Assembly (NCBI GenBank): GCA_002633005.1 | Contig: NMRA01000301.1 | Span: 1-64,000, forward strand | Length of the DNA: 64,000 nucleotides | DNA from: Phoronis australis | Lineage: Eukaryota > Animalia > Phoronida | Reading direction: 5' to 3' | In this document: in pieces, positions 53,306 to 64,000 of the stretch | Numbering within the stretch: the first letter of the stretch is position 1 | Layout of the letters: each line of letters begins with the position of its first letter | Made by a program: the position numbers and the translations under genes | The notes under the pieces: generated by a model | The model's database searches: none | Told to the model about the DNA's origin: nothing | What the model saw: only the letters and a program-made list of their open reading frames with translations

Positions 53306-54539
53306 ACACAACCTTTTTAATCCCGCCTGCAGGTTCCCAATAACACTCCTAATGCAGCCATCGCGTGGGTGCGCCTAATATTCACTGCATTAGCAGGGAC
53401 GGATAAACGACATTTACACATTGTGAGAAAGCCATTTTAATGTTACATAATTTTTGTTTAACTTACAAATGCTGCAAAATGTATCTGCGTACATTTCCGA
53501 AAACGAGTACATATTTAGCTGGGTTGACATGGTGTTAAAGCACCTCACTTGTAATGACAATAAGAAAAAAAATGTCTTACCACTCTTTCGAGCATATTTA
53601 ACTTCTGAAATCTGCGAGGAATTTCCAATAATGCGCTGAAGTTTACGATCAATTTCAATATTTATAGGCACCGGACGAGTCCATTTGTGTTTGTTTAAAT
53701 GTAAAGGAATGGCGCTAAGTGAGATTTTCCACCCACAAGTGCACGTCATAAAATGGATTAATGTGTTCCGGTACTAGTTCCTTGAAAAATACACGGATAT
53801 ATTATGCTAGGCAACAGTGCTTGTAATGCTTTAGGCACTGTCAATGGGAGTCATGCTTCACCCCGCCAACCTGCGATTGAGAACGCCCGGAAGGGGATAG
53901 AGAACGAGACCTTGCACCAAAAATGGCATACGACGGTGACGTACCCGGTGAGTTTAACTGTCGTTTTCTTCTTAAACATAGGATACTTTGGCACCAGTGC
54001 GACACACAGAAAAGCGCCAAACTGTAGCCATTCTTGTGGATCTGAAATAATACTTGGCTTTTGCTTATTTTTAAGTAAAGGTCTCAGAAAGCAATGGCTT
54101 TCGCTAAAGCGTTTTGCGCCTTTGTAAAATACAAAATTACTACTTGTTATTAGCAATTTCAAGGTTCTTAAGTAGAGACTTGTGACGTGTATAGTTAAAT
54201 CGTCCCTGTTGACACCTTTGTTAGTTATGATTTGTGAAGCAATTCGAGAAATTTACCAATACACGCAGGTCTTTGTGTAAGACGGCGATCGGGAACGAAA
54301 TCGTTGATTCTCTACGGTGGTTGTGAATACAAAAAAGCGATCCTGAACGCACGTTTTCGGCACATTGGCCTGAATAGTCGTTCAAGTTACGGTATTATGT
54401 TAATAATTTTAGAATAATACGGACCTTGAAATAGTTGATATGTTGATAATTAATAATAATTCATCGTTTTTTTCAAGATTTCTTTTGTGATATTTAGCCT
54501 AACAAACATAACTGAATGCGTTTGATTTTTTTCAGTTGA

Positions 54540-55000
54540 ACTGTAGCCACACGACGACTCACGTTACGTCGGACCAACGTTGGTATTTGAAATCGGACAA
54601 AAATGATTTTGTCCATCGGATGAACGTCGTAACATCGTCGGAACACCGGCGCAGTCGGACCGCCAATGAACCGACGTTGGTTCGACCGCCGACTAATAAC
54701 CAACGACGGTACGACCTGGTGCCGACGGAGGAAGTACTATCCTTTACCGACGTCGTGCCAATTCAATTCCGACCACTAATCGACCTTGTGCCACCCTGCA
54801 AGTGATTGTTTACCGACCTCGCGCCAACTTAGAGGCGACTGTTTGTCAACGTAGCACAAACGTAGAGGCGGCTGTTAGCCAACGTTACACCAACTAAGAG
54901 GCAACTGCTTGCCAACGTCGCACCAACTTAGAGGAGACTGTTTGCCAACGTACATGTAGCTCCAACTTAGAAGTGACTGTTTGTCAACGTCGCATCGACC
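54540..55000. repeat. DNA-transposon-like fragment with a 33-bp tandem array (54808-54998)
   Basis: About six units of gtttgccaacgtcgcaccaacttagaggcgact, preceded by ccgac/gtcgg subrepeats. Confidence 0.8.
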
Positions 55001-57209
55001 TTCGACTTTTCAGCCACCCGCTTTTTTCGCCTGCTCCGATAGATGACATACATGTACTGATTTAACTATTAAACCATTATGTCGTCTATGGGAGCAGGCG
55101 GAAAGCGCACTTAGTTAAAAACGTCGAAGGTACTGTAGGTTAGACGGTAAACAGTCACGACCACAAAACCAATGGGTGGCGAACACAGTGCTCCGTTGTA
55201 CATCAGGATAACTTGACAGCATGCAGTGTGTCATTAAAAGCATTCCTGTGTTCTTTTATCATTTTATTAAAGCATATCAATACCAGAAATGATGATTACC
55301 AGAAATGGTGGATGATGACGTAAATCATAAAAATAAACCATTTGGACAGAAGACAATCTTTAAATATGCAATATCTAATTATGACCTTTTATGTAAAATT
55401 GTGGCAAGCCTCAATTAGTGTATTTCATGAGAACTGTGCTAAAATTATGATAAGGAGAAAGAAACACTTCACCCATGAAGCTTAAAACTTTATAAATATA
55501 TTATGAGTATGCCAATTATTTGGTAAAAGACAAAAAACCTTTTCAAGGATACTTAACCAAGGATCCGTGGGGCACCATGAAAAACAGGACATGAGATGAA
55601 AATCAATAAATTAAATACAATTATGTGACTAAATGAACACGAAAATTCCAAGTAATTAATCATAAATACTTCAATGAATAACTGAATGTTAATTAAGCTA
55701 TGGAATATAAACCCCTGGGATTTAAAGCAATTTTAGCAACTCTAACAATGCATTTCTGTCTAAGAATTTAATATAAGTTTAAGAAGATGTCTCTCAATAC
55801 TGAGTATTCGTCATTACCCGGGCCCAAGCAGTTAAAAATTTTAAAAAGTTTTTTAACAGAATGTTAAATTTGGACGAGACTGATACATATCAGTACAAAA
55901 TTAAGATGTCATCTGCAAGTTAAATAAACTACAATATGTTTAATCATGCAAAAAGAAATACTTCCTACGAAGTATTCATTTAACGCTTGATACAAGAAAG
56001 CTCAAGTTAATATGCACTGCAGAATCAATCTATATCTTCTTCCTAGCTACCAAATTCTTGAACATAATCTAAAACTTGAACAGCTTTCCCTGTAAACTGC
56101 AAGAACTACATGAAAGTAAGATTTGGTTTCACTACAAAGAATTTTCATCAAAAACATATGTTGACATCTTTGGTTTCATATTTAGAAAGTTTAATTTTAT
56201 GTTTATTTTGTCATGGAAAATTCACATTAACATTTCTATATTAAGGAATATTACTATAAAAGTTGAAAAAATCAGTTTTGCTCACAATGCTAGCAGGGCT
56301 CAGTATTAAAAAATTTGGCAATTTATTAATTTAAAGAATTATAACACTACTGTTCACCTGTTTGTTGCCTCCTTAATTCTGGCACCAACTCTGTCGGCAG
56401 CATACTTCAGCTCAGCACTTCGGCTTTCAATTCAATTGATCAGTTTCTGCCACCTTTAACTTGTTTCTTCAAATCTCAAACAAAAACATCTTATTACAGG
56501 TGATTATACCACACTATTAGCCTCGAATGGCAGATACAACCGTGTGGTAACCCATAGAGTTATCTCACTAGTGAGATAACATTTTGGCGTCAAGAGTTTC
56601 GAGTCGCCGACTTTATCACTACACCACTCAGCCTCTGACGTCATGAAACATGAAAATAGAATACTTAAATGACACGCGCAACAATCGCATGTTCAGCAAA
56701 GGGCATTGCACCGACATTTATGCGCTATGAAAAATATGACGCATAATTTCTATAAAAACGATATTTTAATTCAGTGAAAATTTTCTCTCGTGTAGAGCTC
56801 TCACTTGTAAATCACCGAACTCCAATTTGAAGGCAGGTATCGTGTTGTCGGGATCCTTTGACTTGAGCATTATAGTCAGTTACTAGTGGAAACCTACTTT
56901 AGCAGACAATATTTTCCCAGTCGAAGCTTGGCGTGATAAAATGTGTAGTAAGCTATAATAGTTGCTAAACCTTAATTGTTAGAATCACTTCATTTCTATT
57001 TTGTTTAAATTTCCAATTGGTTTTGAGTATAAGCATTATTTGACAAAAATAGCTCGGCTTTTCTTCAAAGGTCACGACCTCCGACCCCGGGCCTCTGACA
57101 TAGAAAGTAGTTACAAAGCCGAGGTGAGTCGAGAAAGGTAGATGGATTCACTGCAATTTTTCTCGTTTAGTATGTGGTATAAATAGATTATTACATGTTC
57201 TCAGTCATA

Positions 57210-57322
57210 ATCCCCCTTATCTAGAGCCCTCGTGTGTTTTGGAGAATTATCACCCTCGGGGCTAACGCCGCTTGTTCGATAATTCTTCAAAATCCACTCG
57301 CGCTTTAGAATACGGGGGATAA
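57210..57322. repeat. ~110-bp imperfect palindrome
   Basis: atcccccttatctagagc...ggagaattatc / gataattcttc...gctttagaatacgggggat around a ggctaacgcc loop. Confidence 0.75.
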
Positions 57323-59364
57323 CTTCGCCATGTAATACTCTGTATTTATTAAAAATACACCGTCACATGAACAACTGACTAGCGGAACATTACAGAGTTT
57401 ATTGTTCAAGTTTCTCAGAGTTATAATTACAAAGGTTTAACATTTTCACGTTTTACAACAATAAGAAAAACTATTGAAGAGCAGGGAATTTACTAACCTG
57501 CAGCATATTTAATTTATGCATGGTGCAAGACCCAGCCCACATCAGGCCATCTCTTCTGCTCCGCAGCCATTAAAAGTTACCTCCTTTTCAGAGAGCGGAC
57601 GGTGGCAAGCTGTATTCATCTCCTTTTACCCAAACCCAACACATGGGTACTACTTCTACACTGCTTTCATTAGTGAAACACACAAGAGCATACATTCTGA
57701 GTACCAATCAATCACATGTTAAAATAGTCATTAGAAAGTCTTTTCATTGTTCTTCTAGGAAAAACTCCAATTGCTATGGCTGTCCTTGGCTAGAGAATAT
57801 AAATTGATAAATCCCGTTACAAAAGTGATACATTGTATCACCCTAGTATGTGATGCAAACTTACAATGCCATCGAAAAAGATAAATAAATTATATTGATT
57901 TTTTGTTTAGGTTTGTGGTTTTAATGTGTTATGGAAATCAAAATTGCCTTTAAATTTATATTTGATGAAGCTTTTTAATAAAACTATTCTCTGATTCTGG
58001 ATAGGTTGTGACATACGTTGCTGCAATAGCATGACAACATTTGTCTATGGACGCGGAACAAGTTTGATGTGTCATTCAAACCAAAGATCTAATCTCTATA
58101 CAATGTCACTGATTTACAGAAATTGCAACTAGACTGTGTCATCAGACACACAGTAAGTGTTAGCAGGTACGTCCCGCGGAGTACTAGTAGGTCGACACAG
58201 ACCATAAGATTCTGTTAACCCAATCAATACCTAACCAGACTTAGCTGTCACATGGGAGCTTATATTTCAATCTTCTTGAACACTGATCTTGTAATATACA
58301 CCATATTACTAAGTAGGCCTTTAAGACTGAGCAAGGGAGTACCGTGTACTCCATTACATAGTCATAAATGTCCTGGAAGTCAGTCGATGTTTGTAATGCA
58401 ATCTCACCAGTGTGTGACACGCACACGACTTTCAATCGGGTTCCTTTTAATCCCGATCAAAAGTCACTGAGCTGCAGCCATTCACAACAACAATTGATCT
58501 GACAACACACTCGTCATACGAAGACTACGTACTGTACTCTGACGCAGGAAACAAGCGGAATGGTACATGTATAATTATTGTAAAAATGACATAACCGCGC
58601 CAGCCTTCCTAAGACCCATAAGGCCAGTCAAGACCAGAGCCAGAGGCGAGTGCCAGCTTACCTACTGTACTAGCGCCAGTAAGTGGGATGCTGAACTGTG
58701 CGTAGCCCAGCGATAGCACACAGACCTGTCCCAAATATATGATTCTCATATGCCAATATAAATATGGACAATCATTTAAGTCACTGACATTGATCTTTGG
58801 TGGTAGCTGCTTTCTCAGCCCCAACGCACTTCGGCGTACAGAGTGAGTGCTTACGTAGACTGTTCATCAGTGAAGTGGTGGATCTAGGATATCACAAGGG
58901 AGCAACATTTTGTCTCGCAAACAATCGCAGAAAACAAGAATGCAGAGGCGCACAGCGCCGATTGAGGGCGGCCGAGAGGGGTTTTCCCCTCCCGCCGAGG
59001 AGAAAATTTTATTTTTCCTCTAAACAATATGTTTTCCTTGGTTTCTGAAGTATTATAAAAAGTACTATAAATAAAAACGTTTGAAACTAAAAGCCGTATA
59101 AATACCACGGACCTGAACTCACGATCTGTCTGCCAGAGCGCGTGTGCTCTATCACTGGCACTGCGTCACCACGTTACCACCCCCAAATCCACACTAAGAG
59201 ACCTACTTGTTAATGGTTCATAGCGTTTAAGCGCGAACCTGGTTCTTTCCGTAATTCTTGTTACACGCTTTACATTTTGTGCAACCAGTTTGTAGCAAAA
59301 GTTGTGTTTAAAATAGTCATCAGTTGCCCAAAGGACGAAATCTGTTTTTCAAGTTGGCATTAAC

Positions 59365-59534
59365 TAGTGGCAGATCTAGGATATCATAAGGGAGGCAACA
59401 TGTTGCCTCGAAGAATTGGGCAATGCGTGAGTGTATGCACAGGCGCCTCGCGGGGGCCGGCGATGTGAGCTGCTGTTCTCAACAAGCCAACGCAATTCCG
59501 TCGCCCCCCCCCTCCCCCCTAAGTCCGCCTATGT
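59365..59534. mobile_element. MITE of the CAGTGGCGGATCTAGG-ended family
   Basis: agtggcagatctagg ... cctaagtccgcctatg; 5' part matches the 8110 copy. Confidence 0.65.
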
Positions 59535-62500
59535 TAACCACGCGACTGCTTTGGAAATCCTCTTAATTTTACTGTTATGAGTTTCTGAGTGATTCACGAA
59601 GGCTTAGATTAAAATTTACACCTGATCAACAGCGTTTGTTTCTTCGTCGTAACTCAGATTACGTTTTCTTTGAAAAAATGAAGTAATTTTCTTCATTGCA
59701 CAGTGGAGCACACGACGGAAACAGAGTGGTATTGCGCAGCGCCACTGTCGGTCGCGTGGGATATCACGCACATATCCACCGGGAGCGACACAGTTCGGTA
59801 TCAATTCCAGTGGTCGTCACAAACAAAAACTGCACACATTGTTAAATCTTGTTTCAGCCGTATAATGTCAATTACCAAAGTTAATTAATAAACTCAACAT
59901 TTTCTCACGCTCTTGCTGTTTTTTGCGGAAACAAAAGGGTTGGGGGGCTGGCCGGGCCCCCTAAGTACCAATCCTTAAATCCTCCTGTGCAATGTACATG
60001 GCGTTGTGATTTTCACAATGAACGCTCAAAACAAGGAAGAGGTCGACAAGCAGTGAGTACTTTGTTTCTGCTAGTCTTTCAAGTTTTTCTCCGGACCTTA
60101 CCTATTCAGTTTCAACATTCAGTAACTTACCCATGTACACTGTCAGTGATCAAGTGTCCGTCTGGTCAGTAGGGAACAATCATTATGTCGAATTCGAATT
60201 CATGTCGAAATAAGGTAACTCAACTTAACATTTTTTCATAATTTAACAATTTGTCGCAGAGTAATTGAATACAATAGTTGGTTTTCAACTTACATGTCTT
60301 ACCTGCTAATGGAATGTTAAGAACTTCACGTGATCTCTAAGACCCCCATTCTTTGTAAAACCTGAGTCGCACGCTTTTCCAGTGACCTAGTTACGACATT
60401 GTTCTAAACACCTCTACCCCACACCCCTCTACCCACGACCCTGCTCTCGAATCACGACCCACAATTTACATCCCCCGTGCATTCACGACCTTCAACAACA
60501 GAGTAATCTTTGCGCTTTTAACATATTTCATAATCTTAATACGTCACTGAATGACTTCCCATAAAACGAATCTGTGCTCTGGCTGAAGACTGGTGGTTAA
60601 CAACAGAAAGTGGTGTAAGAAAATGATCTAAAGTGGCAGATTGCGAGTGTGCTATCGTTGTCACTAAGATAGTTCCGCAAACGACCGTGTTCTGTTAATC
60701 TTAGGAGAAAGGACTTAACGTGCCGTACAAACAGTTTCACTTTTTTACAATTTGCTTTATTGCGTATATTCGATTTCAATAAAGCAAATGTCGACATCAG
60801 TCTCGGCTGTGGCGTTGCTATGTTGTAACGTCCTTTCCTTAACCGTAAAGGTTCCCGAAGTACAGAAACATGCATTTTTAACTAATAAATGTTTATTTTT
60901 CAAAGCAAGAAAGGAAAATATTGTGCTCTATTTAAGAAGATGTGAATGCCAGAAACCAATCTTCATACTTTGAAAATTCATATTTAAATGCTGAAATATG
61001 CAGTTCAGACATGTTTTAACGTTGGTGTTGGCCTGGTCGAAAGAAGAGCAAAGGCAAGGTCACATGTCTACACCGCGTGACCGGTCACCTGACATGCCAC
61101 GTGACAAGATCGTCGGAGACTTCTGAAGCAAGCGTCGTCCGGGGAGTGCGTCATGTAACTACATCTGGAAATGCTTTTACACTGGGGTATTTAAATATTC
61201 CGAATCTGCCTCGACCATACAACTACAACAACAATATAGACCTACTGTATGTAACTTTTCTTAGTTTTTTTAAACTGAATTTACTAAAGAAATTTTCATA
61301 TCGCTGCAAAGTCTGGCGAAGTAAAGCTCGAAAGCGCTTCGTTTTACAAAGCGAAGTGTCTGGTAGTGCACAAAGATTTCAGTGAGATTTATCAGCATAC
61401 GATCTCCATACGAACTAGCCATATTGTTTGATCTATGTACACTGTCAATTAACTGGTTATGAATTTTATTTCTTCAGCCCAGTTGTTTTCAGTCCCAAAA
61501 ACACAACTTCTCAACTTTTTGCCGGAGATCACGTTTGATAATTCATTCGAATTTGTGACGACAAATAATGCAAAAGGACCATACCTCACACTTTCGAATT
61601 TTTGTTTGTTGAAGCGTTTTCAAAGTACTTCGGCTCTGGCCCTAGCGCGGTTGAAAATATTTCTACGATTTTCGGCTCGTTCAGTTCATCCTGTTTGAAA
61701 AGCTTTTAACAATAGCAAAACTTGTGTTTAAAAATTTTTGAAAAAGTCCATTAGTATCGCATAATGTAACACATTTCGTTGCGTTGGCATAATTTTTTAA
61801 ACTATTCCAATCGTGCATTAATAACGGTAGTAACTCGACAAAATCTTGGGTACGTCATGCAACGTGGTCGGACATTTAATAACATGATGATTTTCCAATA
61901 GACGGCTACTTTGGCGGTGTTTAATTACAGCGAAAAAGAGGGGGCGATGGTCGGCCTAACGTCAGATAAGCAGACGTTTTTGACCGGAAAGGAATGAGCT
62001 TTGCTGTCTGCCGACTGTAGTTTAATTAATCTTTATCCTAGGAAAAACAAAACACCTAACATGGAGTTTGATAGGTTATCGAAAGTGGTTCTAAAAATGG
62101 AGAAGAAAATATATCAGAGGCCAAACTACTCCCGGTCACCACTCCGGGGCCACAGCTTGGTTTGCTTGTAAGGAATTACCAGTGTATTTGTTGGGTTTGT
62201 ACTCAACTAATTTTACCGAGAATTTGCTGATGGTATGGAACCGTACCACAAGAGTCTCGCTTGATAAACAACAATAAAAATAAAGATGAAGTAAAGAAAT
62301 TTGGCTTGATTTTATTACTAAAACTATGGGCAGGCAGCCGGAAATTGCCAATGCGAACTCTTGCGACTATTCACACGGTCGCAAGCTCCATTACAGCATA
62401 TTAGTCACTTGCGGGAGTTGGCATTCTAGGCTAGAGTTCTATGTTTAGAGGTTGTTGCAGCATCACAAGGGAATCTACTGTAATCGAGCATGTGCTACTG

Positions 62501-63700
62501 TTAAGTTTGACGATGATGCTTTGAGTGAAGCAACCATGCAAAATTACGTGGATTTGGATTATTTTATTTGCCAAGCTGTCCAATTTCTCCATAAGTCATA
62601 ACTCACTCGCGCAAAGTGGCTTGCACTCCTATATCTCGCAAAATAATGTAAAAGTTGCCGCATCACTCAAAGAATCTTCTACAAGCAACAATTTGCTTGA
62701 TTTCTAACTAAGGAAGACCGAGGTGTCTAGGGTTGATTACAATGTTTGTTTATCAGCTCGAAGTTAGGTTCAAAATAAGACCAATTAGGACGTTAAATAT
62801 CCGTGTCATTTTCGACCTTGACCTACGGTTCGTGAATTCTTCCTTATGCTGCACTATCAAGGGCAGGATGACGCCACGTGGAACTTTATAACCCCAAGCT
62901 CAATGTCAGATCTCGCGCCCGACCCTCTCATAGCTTCGAATGCCACCTGCAATAAGTAGGCTTTTTGGAGAAGAGCCCAAAGTTAATACAACGTTTTCCA
63001 CTGTACTAGAAAGCCGCATTCTGCCGAGCTTAACTGTACCTTTACACAATCTACTTTCACAGATTGAAGTGATCAAGTCGCTGCTCATTGGCTTGGGCGA
63101 TTGTGTGTCGGATGAGATAATTACAGAAATAACTGACGGACCGAACGACTATCAAAGTCAAAAGAATAACAACAACGAAGGCAACCGAACAAAGTGACAG
63201 TTTTTAAAATTGAAAAGTTAAAATTGGCCGTCTTCGTATTCATCAACATGCAGCGCTCCGCACTGGCAAAAACCACCACACGAAAAAACTAGTGACGGTT
63301 TATGTGTATCTGTTATTTTCCCGGATTTGGAATCGTAGAAAGTGACTACTAAATAATAAATCCTGGCCTCAACTTAGTGCTCGAACGAGTAAGGTCGATA
63401 TTACTCTCCTATTTTTTCACCATTCCATTCGCAATTTCATAGTCAGAACGCTGGGCTTCAACCCGCTCGAATAATACGGGTATTTTCTAGCGTTTTTTGA
63501 CAAGTTACTGGACCCTGTTTACAATTAATCCAGCTGTGGTGTCTGCTACTGTGCACCTCATAGTACTCACTGTGTACAAAACATGACGTCACTCACTTAT
63601 GCACTTTCCCACTTGAGTTTCTAAGACAAAATGAGAAAGTTGTGTTACTATAGATACTCATCTGACTAGTACCGAAACACTTACTTGAATGCGTTCTTAC

Positions 63701-63870
63701 TCGAATGATGTCCTTTCGGTCCACGTATACACTGGCGGTCTTCCAGTGGTTCTCTTGCTCATCTTTTTTCGACCAAAGGGGTATCCCATGATTTCTTTTG
63801 AGTTTACGAGGCGAACTCTTAAGGACCCTATGTGGTAGGCCCAGGAAAGGCAGAATGGTTTTCCTGTTGC
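63701..63870 (-). pseudogene. Frameshifted MAM-domain exon
   Basis: GKPFCLSWAYHIGSLRVRL, then in a shifted frame HGIPLWSKKDEQENHWKTASVYVDRKDIIR|gtaaga; matches the MAM CL.F.YH, GSL.V and LWS...Q...W..A.V motifs. Confidence 0.8.
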
Positions 63871-64000
63871 TGTGGCGGTGATGAATATAATAATAATTAT
63901 ATAAATAATAGCCAAAAATATCAATATGCGTCCAACCTCTGGGCCTATATAGCGCCTATAAGACAAGCGCTTTACATTTTATTTCTTTGTTTATGAGTTC

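Noticed and set aside
54808-54998. 33-bp repeats as a CRISPR array or repeat protein
   Set aside because: Head-to-tail units without spacers and no supported coding context.
63697-63966. ORF resembling a signal peptide plus amidated peptide (ILIFLAIIYIIII...GYPFGRKK)
   Set aside because: Starts at TTG, the hydrophobic run is AT-rich low-complexity DNA, and PFGRKK is the off-frame reading of a MAM exon.

Overview
AT-rich, intron-rich animal genomic DNA, not prokaryotic; probably a marine invertebrate deuterostome (inferred from repeat content and gene style). Most ORFs in the track are spurious. Supported content: (1) six minus-strand coding exons of a kynurenine aminotransferase/glutamine transaminase K (KYAT1/3-like) gene, 10439 to the left edge, with consistent splice phases and a divergent substrate pocket; (2) a TE cluster at 12.5-33 kb with two families of TTAA-flanked Kolobok-like DNA transposons (one holds a frameshifted THAP domain and a convergent KolX-like remnant), nested MITEs, a heat-shock-element cluster split by one insertion, and a 1.7-kb direct duplication with conserved twin hairpins; (3) a disabled plus-strand two-MAM-domain gene at 33.7-38.4 kb and a frameshifted minus-strand MAM exon at 63.7-63.9 kb; (4) an unrecognised minus-strand exon at 42.6-43.0 kb with a repeated KR-(G)YG..SK[VL]PW[HN]RS motif, either a neuropeptide-like precursor or, via an MGCKCSS exon at 48.5 kb, a lipid-anchored protein; (5) a mixed-orientation palindromic minisatellite and strongly over-represented TACATGTA, which two tandem arrays show to be an insertion matching a Tc1/mariner footprint. 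All alignments and counts were done by eye; repeat boundaries are approximate.
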